NCBI GenBank assembly: GCA_028023455.1
Contig: JAQFVV010000006.1
Span: 17,174,001-17,238,000 of the forward strand
DNA length: 64,000 nucleotides
DNA from: Epiperipatus broadwayi
Lineage: Eukaryota; Animalia; Onychophora
Direction: 5' to 3'
Positions within the stretch are counted from its first letter, which is position 1. Each line of letters begins with the position of its first letter. Below, one piece after another: positions 27,636-41,611 of the stretch. Under the pieces are notes generated by a model. The model was not told where the DNA came from. It saw only the letters and a program-made list of their open reading frames with translations, and searched no databases. Position numbers and translations under genes: made by a program.

Positions 27636-28766
27636 CTGTATTATGTTGAATGTAACATGCCCTAAATTTAAGATGCAGTATGGATTTTAAGCCTGAAAAA
27701 TTGGGGGAAAAATTAACCCCTGAATTTAAGATGCATACATGTATTTAAGTAGGAAACTAATATAAATACAATAAACGCACCTAATTTTTCTTCAGATATA
27801 TGGTACTTTCCGTTTCTACATCTTTACTTTCAGAACTTGAATTCTCATCTGTACTATTCCATCAGAGTACATCATCATCAAACTTTAAATTGCAGCCAAA
27901 CATTATAATTTCTTTGTCAATTTGCTTTCATGTATTTTTTTATTATTAAAATTGAATCATTGTTCTAAAATAATTTATATTTTACAAATATTTTCCGGAA
28001 AAAATAAACGGGTAAAAAAAAATTCTAAAATATACGTTTTCACTTTAAAAATTGAGATAAAACTATAAGAATTGTCAAAATGAGCAAAATAACATTAAAA
28101 GATTCTAGAACATATGTTTACACTTTAAAAACATTTAAAAAAAGTTATTGGAACTGTCAGAATTTTAGCAGGCATTCGCTTGTGTAGCAAACACAAACAA
28201 TCACCCTATCAGTGCCTTGTAAGGCAGGTTTTTATCTTATTCTTATATTGATTTAGTAGTTGTTAAAAAATACTAAAGGTTATTCATAATGGTAAAATCA
28301 GCAAATAACATTGAGAGATTCTAAAACATATGTTTTCACTTTAAAAATCAAAACGAAAATATTGGAATTGTCAAAATTTTGACAGATGGTCTCTTATGTA
28401 GAGAACAACAAATAACCAATAAGCACCTTGGAAGGCAGACTTATCACATTATACTGATTTGTTATTTGTAGAAAAATTCTAAAAATTATTTGGTAGACTT
28501 TTCTTGATAAAATAACAGTAAAATCGACAAAATAACATTAAAAGTAGCGGTTGAACGGATTACGAAATTAATCCAAAAAATATTGATTGAAAAAGATTTA
28601 ACACAGTATTCTACATAGATAATGATTGTAATACTATGTGCATGTATAGCTTAAAGCAAAGGTCCTCAGAAATGAGATGTTAAAAAATGTTTATTTCGAA
28701 TTTAAGATACACCTCTCTCTTAAGGGTCCACAATTTGGAAAAAGTTTTATGTTCGCAGTAATACAG
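27636..28766. mobile_element. Tc2/pogo-like non-autonomous DNA element
   Basis: TA-CTGTATT..GAATGTAA / TTATGTTCGCAGTAATACAG termini and sub-terminal GAATTTAAGA repeats; second copy at ~36490-37052. Confidence 0.65.
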
Positions 28767-29043
28767 AATATACTGTTGATAAAATATAATGGAGAGTAGT
28801 TATGAGTATTGTTACTGCATTTAAGAAATTGAATAATAATAAATACAATATTAAATTTATAATGGAAAATTTAAATATTTATTTTAAAAAAAGTTATTAG
28901 AAAAATATTCATAAAAAACAATATATCAAGGATAAAGTAAAACAATGGATAATTAATCCAAAATCTTTGGTCTCAGAAAATAGCAGCTTTGAAAAGTTTT
29001 AAATTCAAAATGATAGTCTATTATTAAATATAGAAGAAGTATA

Positions 29044-30112
29044 CACCTGGGTCTCTTTTTACGCGGACTTATTTAACACGATTTTGAAGTTATGCGATTC
29101 GTGTTTCACCAGAAGTCGAACTCCAATATTGCGCTATTACTTTAAATAATAAATTTCGCGCACTTACGTTATATTGAAAGTAATAGCACATTATTGGAAT
29201 GCGACTTTCAACTTAGTAATTTCAATATTTTCAGTGCTTTATAATAGTAAGATTTTATGCAATAATGAAATTAAAATCATGATTTCCACATTTTATGTAT
29301 ACACACATTAAATTTTACAAGATTATAATGTAAATTTGTTCAAACATTGTGCGTGTTAATTTTGCATTTTAAATCACATTCTGTTTTTGCTTTTTAAAAA
29401 AGAACGTAATCAATTATTAATCATTTAGTGTCCACAAGTTTATTTTTAAAAGGTCAGTAATAGCAGTGGGCACAATTAAATTTGACAATTAAAAATTAAA
29501 ATCTGATTTTTAATTGTAATTAACAATTTAAAAATTACTTACGGCGACTTGAAATAATGTGATGTGAAATTTGATTTTTAAACGGAATTGAAAATTAAAG
29601 ACAAAAATAAGAATTTAATTTTTAGTTGTTAGTTTCATAAACAATTAATAAAATCATCATCTCAAAGATTAATTACTAATTACGTTGTCACCAGAAAACC
29701 ATTGTCACAACATGAGTGTGAAGTTGGCGCTAGTTGTTTGCAAACAAACATGTTTTTGGCAAATAGCTATAATAATTAAAACGTGTATAAAAATGTAAAT
29801 TACTCTACTGTAAATTATGCATAAAAATATATTATTTTGAATAAAATTAAATATTATAGTTAAAAAAAGTTTGTCTTGTATCAATTTTTTTCAAATTTGA
29901 AATTTTTTATTAGTCATATTTTATTTCTTTCTTTTTTTTTTTGCGCAAATTTTAAAGTAATTTTACGTTGGTGCTTTGCTTTTATGCGAATTTTGAAAAA
30001 TCACAGACGGCACCCCCCCCTTTTTCAATGTAAGTTACGTCTATTTTTGCGCGATTTCGTTTGCACATGTTTTCTGAGGAACCTATCTATCACGTAAAAT
30101 GAGACCCAGGTG
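29044..30112. mobile_element. Tigger/pogo-like MITE
   Basis: TA|CACCTGGGTCTC.TTTTACG ... CGTAAAATGAGACCCAGGTG|TA terminal inverted repeats with TA duplication; no ORF. Confidence 0.85.
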
Positions 30113-30362
30113 TATATACAAAAATTAGAAAATGAAAGCGATTATGTAGAGATAGATTATAAAAGAAAAAATATTAAAAAGAATTTTAAATAATAAAGAT
30201 GCAATTAATAAAAGAAAAAGTAAAGAAAAACATATTTAAAAATAAAAAAATCGGTTGCGACCCCATATTCAGTGAATGTGTATAAAAAAATATCAGATAA
30301 TATAAAAAAGTAAAATGCAAAAATAATAAATCATTATGGAACTGAATATCTAATACTAAACA

Positions 30363-30632
30363 TAATGATAAAATAAAAATAAAATAGGGATAGTTTATAA
30401 AATTAAATGCCGCTAGGATAATCAGGCAACCTGTAAATGAAGGAGGTAAAGATAATGATAAAATAAAAATAAAATAGGAATAGTTTATAAAATTAAATGC
30501 AGCTAGGATAATCAGGAAACCTGTAAATGAAGGAGGTAAAGATAATGATAAAATAAAAATAAAATAGGAATAGTTTACAAAATTAAATGCAGCTAGGATA
30601 ATCAGGAAACCTGTAAATGAAGGAGGTAAAGA
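30363..30632 (+). repeat. 90-bp minisatellite, 3 copies
   Basis: Units start at 30363, 30453 and 30543 and are nearly identical. Confidence 0.95.
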
Positions 30633-33600
30633 ATATGGTAGTGGCATAAAACAATTAAAAGGAAAAGTACAAAATCAGGAATTTATATTCATGTTTTTAG
30701 ATTCAAGTCACAGAATGAATTCTGAACAGATTATACAAATAATACTATATATCAAAAACTATAAAAAGATGTTATGAAACTGTATATTCTGGAAAATATG
30801 AATAAACATATAAACATGTTTAAAGGTTCAATGCAATTAGATAGTAAATGATCATTATTAGTTGATTGAAAACTTGAAAAATGTATTTTAAAATATTTAT
30901 TTAGATTTGATTTGTATAATATAAAATAATACATTTATATTTATTCATTAATTCATATATATATGTGTTATTTTGTAATTATATTTTAAATGATGACAAC
31001 TAAAAAGAATTAAGGTAGAATAATTTGTTATCTGTTAATTAGAAGTAAATATTTTGAAAAGATGTTTGTAAGGAACAAAACTAGTTTGCTAATGCAAATA
31101 AGTTTTATTCAATTTTACATTGTCTATTATCAATTTTATTTAAACTTCATCAATATTATATGTTTTGTATGCATATATAAACATTATGGACAATTTGAAC
31201 TTGAAAGTTGACCATTTGAAATGAAATAAATTCATATATATTGTTATGGGAGGTTGCCATGACAACAGGGTGAGATTGTTGATTGTTATTGATATTGGGA
31301 TTGTCTAAATGTTGACTGATTTTAATGTTCTCTCTATATGCAATTATGCAAAAGCTGTCCACATCTAAACAATACCAAGAATCTCACGCTGTCAAGGCAA
31401 CCTTTTTATTTGTCATAAAAATCAAAACAGAGCAAGTGAATAATAAAAATAGGATTTATAAAAAAAAACGTGACATTGCAATATTTTAAATATCATATTA
31501 GGTAAATTAGTTTTCAAATAGTAAGAGGAATTTATGATAAAATATTTGAATTTGAACATTTTCTTAATCAAGAACATAACTTTTCCTTTAGGGATCCCAT
31601 TGATTATGCAAAGTTATTAAAATTATATTTTACAGGAAGTCATGCTCTAACAGCATTTGTCTCTCTTAACACTCATTTAGTTTATAATTTATTTATTCCA
31701 TTTTAAAAACTTACATTTTAGTCACATTTTTAGCAATAGATGGCACAGTATAAACTCAAAGCAATCATGTTTGTGACTTTAATTTTTTTATTTTTAGCAG
31801 CTACTACTTTTTTTTTTTTTCAAACATCTTATTTCACTTTACTGTTTGTATTTATTTATTTATTTAATACAATTTGACAAAAAATATTTGAGTAAACATT
31901 TTTAAAGTATAATTATATGGGTAGAATTTACTAATTCGAAATTGTACATAGTTCTGATTTCAGCAGTGAAACTTCTCGAGATCTTATTATAAATCCAAAT
32001 TATGCCAAACATTTAAATAAACATTAATTTTAATATCTATACTTAGTACATATTGAAGTACATTCTGTATAGTGTATATATCTATTCTATTAATAATATA
32101 TTTTAAGATACAGAATATTCTTGTATTTTTATCAGCCCAATATTTTTGCATAGCAATAATTAAAATAATTAATAATTTTATCCAGGCAATAGAAGTTGTT
32201 GATTTAGAGATTAATATTTATTATATGTAATAATTTTAATTATTGTATTTTACTTTTTTTGAAAGTTTATAATATATTCATTTATTATATTATCGATAAT
32301 AAAAAATATAGCAGATATTCAAAATTTTATTCTTTATGAAAATGTTTTGAAATATATATTTTGATACTTTATATTATAATTTTGAAAGGGATAATTATAG
32401 AAATATATTAAATAATCACATTTTTTTAAACAAATACATTAAAAAATTAGATCTGTAAATTCATTTTCAAATGCACTAAAAAAAAAGTTTTTTTCAAGAG
32501 TATTGTTCGACACCCCTACCCCCCACTTAAAAGGTTAAGAGAATATGAAAATTTTGTGCATCTTAGTTTAATATTTTCTTTTGATATAAATATTTGTGAT
32601 ATTATATTAAAATAAAAGTGGCTCTGAAGAAAACTGCAAGACAGTCGAAATGTGTGTGTACTTATATATACACAATATAAATTATTTTTGCTAAAAAGTT
32701 TTCAAAGCAGGTGGACAAATTGAATTTATACAATATTAATGTGAATCGTTTGTTAAAATGGAACTTATAATTGCTATATGTTTAGTACTAGATAATTTGT
32801 TTGAAGGTCCATGAATGGCAATCTATTGGTGTCATTATTTCTACCTGTGAGCACAAAATGCACCGCTAGCATTTATTTGTCAAAGAAATTGCTTGCCACT
32901 GGGATGTTTTGATTTGTTCTTAATTGCCTTAATGATAATTAATATTTCTAGTATTTAGTTTACATTTATGTGTTAATCTATCAATCTACCAATATCTTCT
33001 TGTAGTCTGGGATTTGAATTGGGATGGAAAATTATTTGAGATAATTAGGCATTTCCAAGTAACCCTATTTTTTTTTCAAGTATCCAATATAGTTGATCAA
33101 ATAATTATTGGGCAGTAAATGACTCAGTTATTTTTAGTTATAGAATAATGTATGAAAGAAAACTATTAAAATCTTAATAACTAGCTGAACGATACAATGA
33201 GTAATGCCACCTCCATCATTGTCTCTCATTGAAGAGACACTGGAAAGATTTTAGCTCTTTGTAGTCTGTGATAGAGAATTTAGAACTACAATCATTGAAA
33301 TAAAGTATGTTTATTGCTACAATAGTTGGGATTTTTTTTGAATAAATGTATGCAGTATTTATTAGTGGGAATAATATTTAAGAATTAAAAAAAAAAGTTT
33401 ATATATTTAGTGAAGAAACTGAATATAATATAATACTAAAATTAAGTTTAGAATAATTACTGAAATTGAAAAACAAATGAAAGATATTTATAGTTGTATG
33501 TAGGACCATTTTCATCATCTAGTTGAAATTGTTAAGTGTTTTTAGAAAAAATACAAACTTGATACCTTTATAAATATAGAACTCAGAATGCTGTGTTCAA

Positions 33601-34248
33601 AGTAGTATTTATCTCCTCTTTCATTTCATGTGTCACTAACCTGCATTGAACGAATAACCGTTAGATTCCTGAAATTAAAGTGTCTCTAATAACCATTAAA
33701 CTATTTTACTAAACTCAATAGTTTATAGAAATTTAATACTTTATGATTTTCATATTTGTTTTTTTTAAGGACAAGATTAGTGAGTATTTTGCAAATATAA
33801 TGGATTATCACACTAAATTAACGTATAGTATTAATTATTATTTTATTGACTTCAGTGTTTTAACTCTGTCCAATATTCTTGTGCATTTTCTAATCAAACT
33901 TATGTTTATTAATACATGGATGATTAATTACTTTAGTTACATCTATATATATATTTTTTATCCTTATTTCAATGCCCTTCCACATTAATGCGGAGTGTAG
34001 TTGATATATTTTTCATCATTTCAAATTTAGTCTTTGTAGAGGTTGGAGTTTTTCACAATATGACATAACTTAGGAAAGCTGCTTTTTAAGAAAAAACTAA
34101 CATATGTAATATTATTAACATTATAAATGTTGGAGTGTTACCGTAATGCTATTATATATATTATACCTTATATTGATTATTTATGCATTTAGTTGAAGAT
34201 GCAATTTTTACAATAACATTTTTTTATTTGGTAGTAATATATATATAT

Positions 34249-34879
34249 GGTACTTATATATTATCTTGTCTCCCAAGCTTGGCAGCCATTGTTTTAATTA
34301 TATAGGGTCAGGGAATATAAAACAAAGTGTCTGACAAGAAGCAGTTGTATTTAATATTTACAGTTTTTTATTATAGTCATTTAAAAAGAGAAATTTTTTT
34401 GCAAACATTAATTATATTTCCACTTCATTATTTTTTTTTGTATTCAACTTATTGGTACAAAAATAAAAGAAACAACGGATCATATTGTGCTCATTAACAC
34501 AGACTTTTCATGAGGGCAGAATCCTATACCTTTGGGAATACTCCACTGCATGCTGTTCTGTGAAAGCAGGATCTCAAACTTCCATCATTTTCCCAAAATA
34601 GTAGCGACAAAAATAAAGTCACTGAATATACACAAACTATAGATGTTTGAAGCTTGTCAGCGTTCACGTTACAATATAAATTTTAAAACAAAATTAAAAT
34701 AAACTTTCTGATTGGAATTTATAATCAATTTATTAATTTTTTTAAACTTAACTAACATATGTTTGGTAAAAATAAAATTGGAAAAAAAAAAACGGTAAAC
34801 AAATATTTGTATACCACTGAAACCATATAATTAAAAAAATGGCTGACAAGCTTTGGAGACATAATAATACACAAGTACC
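34249..34879. mobile_element. MITE with ~40-bp TIRs
   Basis: ggtactt.tatt..tgtctcc.aagctt.gcagccatt / aatggctg.caagct.tggagaca..ata..caagtacc. A related copy lies at ~38031-38642. Confidence 0.7.
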
Positions 34880-35134
34880 AAATATTTTCTTTATTCATTC
34901 ATTTATATATGTTTAATACAGGTTAGAATACATTTATACAAATGACATTTTTCTATTAAGCCTTAAATGCACTTTTAAGTAGAAGAAATAAGTACATTTT
35001 TTTTTATTCTAAATATGATACAAAATATGCTACTGATAATAACAATAAATTAAACTTCAATAATATGTATTAAATATACATAATAAAAATATAAATTGCA
35101 TTCTATTATTTATCTATATATATATTGCTAAGTA

Positions 35135-35268
35135 TAGAGGATTTGAACTCAGATTTTCAAGCACCCTTCAACTATCCACACTATCTCATACAACTGATAC
35201 ACATGACCACCCACATGTAGAAAAGATAAATAATCACCAATATACGTATTTCATGCTAAACCAGCACT
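35135..35268 (-). mobile_element. Partial hammerhead-repeat copy (stem II to B box)
   Basis: Reverse strand gtgctggtttagcatGAAATACGTATAttggtgattatttatc ... gagttcaaatcc; lacks CTGATGA. Confidence 0.8.
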
Positions 35269-36489
35269 ATATATATATTGCTATATTCTAAGTTACTGCT
35301 CTTCCCTTGTTTCCACTCTTTAATATATTTTGTAACTTGATTTTTTTAATTTCCCTGTATAAGTAAATTACTGAATAATTTAAGAACACAATGATTTCTT
35401 ATTTTAGTTTAATATTTATTATATTTTGAAACTATGTGCTTATATGTTTTTCTTAGGCACATTTCAAACTATTTTATACAAGGTTTTTTTCTCTATAAGT
35501 ATATATTCAAGAAATTGATTGAATAATAAAATATTATTTTTATATCCTCTTTTTTCTATTTGCTATAATTTTTTTTATATTAGATCAATTATTCAGTTTT
35601 GAAATAATGCTAATCTATTAATATTAGGAAAAGGCTTGCAAAACTATAGTTATTCCATATTTCTATAAAGATTCACATAAAGATTTATATATTAAATACA
35701 ACAAGAATATTTAAAGGAAAGATATTTTTGACTTTGTAAAATATTATTATAAAATATTTCTAAATTTATTAATTAATATGTTAATATGATGTTTCCAAGA
35801 CATTTTTTAAAAATCTATTATCAATCCAAGATATCTAATGTATTTTACTTATTCTACTTCTCTATACATTCATTATCATTAAATATTACAATTTTATCAT
35901 ATCAGTATTTTTATATTTGATGTGAGATAAGCATATTAACTAACATGTATTTGGTTTTTTCTCATTTATATGAATTCCTCTCTCAAAACACCAAAAGACA
36001 ATTTTGTTCACCCTTTCTTGACCTTCTGTAATTGCAATATCAATATTGTTATTCATCTGTATAGTGATGTATTGATCATTCAATATTAATATTTCTTTGC
36101 TAACTTATGAAAATTAGAAATAACAATGTTCTAAATATAGAATTTTGAGGAATGCCATATAATTTTTTTTAATCATTACTAAAATACATTTGATATGTTT
36201 GATACAACATATCTATTATTTAAATAATTTTTGATAGGCAATTTTATATATATTAAGTAAAATTAAAATAGCATAAAATATAATAAAGTTGAAAAAATAT
36301 ACTATTAATTGTTAATTTTGGCATGTAAGTTTTAAAATAGGACTACATCAAATTGTGATAAAATGAAGTTATACAATGATTACATTTCCAGAAATTTTTT
36401 GTAAAGAAATAGAGGTATCCACATAGGGAATGAGGGGAGGAGATGTCTTTCTTAACAAAATAGCTATTAGTTTATATAAAGCTTTTTAT

Positions 36490-37052
36490 GCCCAAAAAAT
36501 TGGGGGAAAAAATATAACCTCTGAATTTAAGACACATGTGTGCTTACTTAAATAGGAAATTAATATAAATACAATAAACTCACTTTCTATATCTTCACTT
36601 TCAGAACTCGAATTCTCATCTTCATTATTTCATTACAGTACATCATCTTCAGGCCATTTAAATTAGTTTGCCATAAAAATACATTTTTTAAATTAAAACC
36701 TGAATTATTATTCTAAAATAATTTATATTTTTTACAAGTATTTTCTGAAAAAATAAATGTGTAAAAAAATTCTATAACATAAGTTTTTATTTTAAAATCA
36801 AAAGAAAGCTAGCAAAATTATCACAATTTTGACATGTACTTTCTTGCATAAAGAACCGTCAGCTTCTTGGGAAATTGACTAAGTAATAGTAAAAGTAGAA
36901 GTTTGAGAGAGAAAGTTAGCCTATTTATGAAATTAATGCAAAAAATATTGATTGCATAAAGCAAAGATCCATAGAAATAAACTGTTAAATTAAGACATCG
37001 CTCTTTTAGGAGTCCAAAATTTGGAAAGTGTCTTATATTCGAAGTAATACAG
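36490..37052. mobile_element. Second copy of the Tc2/pogo-like element
   Basis: Colinear with 27690-28766; ends tcttatattcgaagtaatacag|TA. Confidence 0.65.
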
Positions 37053-37689
37053 TAATACCATTGATATATTATTAACTGGAAGAGCTCATTTCTATTATAA
37101 ATTTATTTACAACGATTTATAGACATGCATATATTTACATATGTAAGCATCTATGTATTTGACCAATTCCATTACAAGCTATTGATAAATGTAATTTTCT
37201 TTTTGTATTAAAGAATACTTTTACTCTCTGAAGGATAAATTTGAATGAAGTTTGAAAGAATTTATGGAGACAATTCATTTGGGTATAACATGAATTAATA
37301 TTTTAAAATGTAATTATTAATATCTGAAAGTAACTATCAGTTTATTTTAAATTTTCTAATTGGATTTTTCATGCTTATTTGGATTTTTCATCTGTTTTCG
37401 TTCCCATAATTTTATTTTATTTTTTTAATTTTTTTTTTTTTTTTTAATCTTATATATATATTATTACCATTTTTAACAAATCATATGTGTTCGTCATGCT
37501 TTTTTTTTCTGTTTATTAAAAGACAAATTCGCCTCATTTTGATTTGTGATATGGATGTAACACTACTGGAAATAAAACCATATCAATTCAATCAATCTTC
37601 ATGTTAGCACTTTCTGTATGAAGCCACCACCACCAGGAGAAGAGAGAAGAAAAATGCCACTTGAAATATCATATATATTCTAAGCTGTA

Positions 37690-37890
37690 TGTTTTGGAAT
37701 CCAGTTTAAACTGGATTCCAAGAGATTGTAAAAGACCCAGAAAGAGACCACATGTGAGATGGATGGATGAAATAAGAAAGTGTGCAGGGATAATGTGGAG
37801 AAAAGAAGCTAAAGATAGGAAACGATGGATTGAACTTGGAGAGACCTTCATCCTGTAGTGTATTGATAGTGGTTGATGATGATGATGTTA
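37690..37890 (+). mobile_element. RTE-like LINE extreme 3' fragment
   Basis: LNWIPRDCKRPRKRPHVRWMDEIRKCAG with a (GAT)n tail; very similar to 7790-7980. Confidence 0.92.
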
Positions 37891-38030
37891 TTGGTTACAA
37901 TTAAATGCATTTAAAATTTTCTTAATTAATTTTTTAACAGCATATAACAATTCAAACATATAACGTAAGTAGTCCAAACTATAACTACTAGTAGAATGCC
38001 ATCATCACATAACTTCAGAAAAAGAGGAAT

Positions 38031-38642
38031 GGATATGTGTATATTATTTTGTCATCCATGCTTTTTTAATTATACATTTTCAGAGGCCTCCAACAAATAT
38101 TGAAAATAAAATGGCTGACTAGAAGTTGTTGTATTTAATATTTCTCTTTTTTTATTACAAAAATAAAAGAAATCACACAAAAGTATGACAATTAATTGTA
38201 ATTAAAGTAAATTTAACAACTTAAAACTTCAGTAAACAAAGTAACAAACATAAGTTATTCATATCATGTCCATTAACAGATTTTTTGGGAGAGCAGGATT
38301 TTATATCTTTGGAAATACTTGATTACATGGTCTTCTGTCAATGGGTGATCCCAAATTTTAATCCTTTTGCAAGAAGGTTACTGAAAAAAAAAACAAAGAT
38401 GCTGAACGTGAAAGTATGACGACAATCTTACGCTGAATGTAAAAAAATCATGACATTGTTCAGAATGTGTTAGCATCCGTATATTATAATATATATGTAT
38501 AATTAATTAAATCCTGTGAATGGAATTTATATTAGATTTATTAATATTTTTTAAATTTAACAAGTAACACATATTCAGTAAAATAATATTGAGAAAAAAA
38601 AAACATGGCTGCCAAGCTGGAGTGACAGGATATGTAAGTACC
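38031..38642. mobile_element. Second copy of the 34249 MITE
   Basis: Shared internal blocks and right end catggctgccaagct.gag.gaca..ata..taagtacc. Confidence 0.6.
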
Positions 38643-39009
38643 AAAAAATGTTTATCAATTATATTATAGTCAATGGTTTTTTATTTTGATTAACCTTTTC
38701 CTTGAATTTTTTTTTCTCCAAATTTTCATTGGCCAAGTGAATTAAAGTTTTACAACTTTTGATTGGTCAATTAACAAACTCAGCTGTAAAAATATATTCA
38801 TCTTTTAATATATTCATTTTAGTTTCATTTGTAAAAAGTATATTAATAATTTAATCAGATTATGAAAGTGAACGAAAAATTTTTCAAAAATAAATTTCTA
38901 TTTATAATTATAAAAATGTTTTATAGCAGAGAATCTCAGAAGAACGTTCATAACTTATAAGAAAATGTTGAGTATGTCACTGATTTTTTTTTCTCAATTT
39001 ATGTTCCTG

Positions 39010-39400
39010 TAAAAGTAAAGAATTTTTTTACTAAAATCTTACTATTTTTTCTAAAATAATTTATATTTTCAGCATATTTTACCAAAATACATTATAATAT
39101 GTAAATAAATGCCAGTAAAATACTCTAAATTATTTATTTCTGTTTGAAAATCAAATAAAGAGCTTGGGGCGATGAGAATTGTTGCCAAGTGTCAAAATTG
39201 TTGTTAGCGCTGGCTTTGTTTTCAATCTACGTTCATATAAAAGTACAATTTTTTACTAAAATCTTCCATTTTTCTAAAATAACTATATTTTCAGCATATT
39301 TTGTCAAAATAATTTATAATATATATGAAAAATAATAAAAAAAAATCATTCTAAGACATTAATTTTCATTTTCAAAGTCAAAACAGAAGTTGGAGCGGTG
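39010..39400 (+). repeat. Diverged ~230-bp tandem duplication
   Basis: tttttactaaaatctt..ttttctaaaataa.t.tatattttcagcatatttt occurs at ~39025 and ~39250. Confidence 0.6.
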
Positions 39401-39779
39401 AAAATTATTGACAGATGCTTTTCCATTGTCCAAAATGTGAACCAACCAATGAGCATCTAGACAAGTCTGCCTTCTCCCTTTGTTGCAGCTTCTTACATCA
39501 ATATTATTGATTTTGTTTTACTTGTAAAATAATTGTAGAGAAGGCAGCATCTTACGGTACATTTTAAGCTTAAAATAAGTGTAAAAACACTACAGTAAGT
39601 CAAAAATTGACTGTTTTCAAGTGACTTAAAGCCGTGAATGTCAATCCACGGATGTTTCTCAAGAAGGATTAAGGCTGCTAAATTATAATTTTGAGATCAT
39701 TTCTGGAGCATTAAATTTCACATAATATTTGTAGAAATAGCTTTTGGTATTAGCTGTTCCTTGAATTGACCCACTAAAT

Positions 39780-40260
39780 GAAAAGATAGGCATAGAAATC
39801 AATAGCAGTCAACCAGTAGCCATATACTGTAAATTTGAATAATCAGTAGTCAGCAGATGATAATGCAAGTTTATTTGATCATTACTGATTATTCCAGGTT
39901 GTAGGAAATAGAAATAATATTTTTGTTTACTGTAGTTAGATACAGGAATGAAGTGATGTGCTACTCTCTAATAACCATGGTTAACATTAAATCAACAGTA
40001 CATTAGTGCTTCAGTATACCTTACCAACTCTTTTAGTTGAATTTCATGGGGCACATGCTCTGGCTTAATATATGTGTATTGGAATACAGGAAGATTTGAT
40101 TGCAGTAGTTGCAATAGCAACCTCCATGATGGAACTGATGATCTTCTCATCAGGCAAAAGTGAAACATTTATTACCAGTCGATAAAGATAGGTTTAGGCT
40201 TCTGATAGCTTAGTAATATATTACTAAGATTTAAAAAGTTTGGTATGGCTGAACAAATTA
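39780..40260 (-). mobile_element. Possible LINE endonuclease relic
   Basis: Decayed motifs *FNVNHGY (GDFN-like) and TAIDF in the expected order. Confidence 0.3.
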
Positions 40261-40548
40261 CCTAGTGACAGAATGGCACCATGTAGTGGTAGCAATAATA
40301 CTTTCTTTTTTATATATGAACATTGATGGTAAACACGTTCACATCTGAGTAATTTTTTTCGAATAATTAGAAATACTTTTCATTTTTAACTTTGTACAAT
40401 GCAAACATATTTTAAAATAATTTTATTTCCTTAAAATTTCAGCTATCCTGCAGTCTTCTTCAGAACCACAAAGTATTCAAATTTATACAATTTTATATAA
40501 AATTAACCTATTCATTCAGTATACTGAATGTTTACAATAGCAAATATA

Positions 40549-40851
40549 GGGATTTGAACTTAGGATTTTCAGTCTATATTCATCCTTCACACTATCTCAA
40601 ACAACTGATACATATGACCACACTCATGCGAAAAAGGTAAATGATCCTCAATATATGTATTTGATGCTATCTTAATATAAGATTGTATATATGGTAGAAG
40701 ATTATGATCTGGCCCAACTGATGAATGCTGTTCTGTACAAAATAAATATTTGGGGGGTCATTTATCTCTTTCACATGTGTGATCATGTCTGTTGATTATA
40801 TGAGATGGAGTGGAGGATGAATATACATTGAAAATCCTAAGTTCAAATCCC
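40549..40851. mobile_element. Older inverted dimer of the hammerhead repeat
   Basis: Minus arm 40549-40668 and plus arm 40695-40851. CTGATGA at 40718 with decayed stems; both arms end at the B box (gttcaaatccc). Confidence 0.75.
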
Positions 40852-41524
40852 ACCATTTAATTATATATAAAGAAAAATATTTTGTTCCTCTGAAAGAGAT
40901 TGTTTGAAAGTCAAAACTGTAAGGAAATAAAATTGAGTGAAGAAAATATCAAGCTAGCTCTGCATAAAGTAAAAAAAGAAAAGTGATATTGATCATGTGA
41001 TCCAGCATTCATTGGTATTGATATTTTCCTCACTGGAAGTGAAAACTGTATAACGTTACAATGGCTTTTCTTTTTAATCAGCACACCGCATTCATTTGAT
41101 GAAGCCTGAAGAATTTGGAATCTTGGTAATAATAGATAAACATTCATGTTTTTGATTAACTGTGGCCAACTGTCTGAAAGTTATTGTAAAATCAATTTTA
41201 ATAGGCAGTTACTTTTGATAAATATTATTTGAAGGAAGTTGTGTGGCCGAAATTATTTACACATAAATTATATCTTTTTTTGTAAATTGTAAGCCTGGGG
41301 ACATTTTTAGCAGGTTAAACCACACATCATACATATCTTTGATCAGAGTAGGTAAGAAATTTAAATGTTTCATAGTCTCTTGGTTATTTGGGCTTTTACA
41401 TTGCTTGCACCTTAGTGAAAGCTCCAGGATAACTAAAATTATGGGACCAAATATTAAATGTTGATACATTCGAAGACACCATTAGACGTTTCTATTACTT
41501 GGTGCTACAGGGCTTTGCCAAATT

Positions 41525-41611
41525 ATGATCGTTTGCGTTATTATTTTTTTTATAATCTTTATATATATCTGTACAACGGATTGTTTCGGATATAATCGCA
41601 TTATGTATCAG
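41525..41611 (+). CDS. Candidate first coding exon with a signal-peptide-like N-terminus
   Basis: MIVCVIIFFIIFIYICTTDCFGYNRIMYQ followed by cag|gtaagt. Seven CpGs within ~140 bp in an otherwise CpG-poor window. Confidence 0.45.

Noticed and set aside
30363-30632. CRISPR-like or repetitive protein (ORF 30186-30647)
   Set aside because: Contiguous 90-bp units with no unique spacers, in a eukaryotic context; the ORF is a by-product of the minisatellite.
33770-33779. 10-nt micro-exon (aag|GACAAGATTA|gtgagt)
   Set aside because: Non-YAG acceptor and frame-shifting length; such matches are expected by chance in 64 kb.
40125-40185. CTGATGA...GAAAC...GTC hammerhead candidate
   Set aside because: No credible stem I or stem II pairing.
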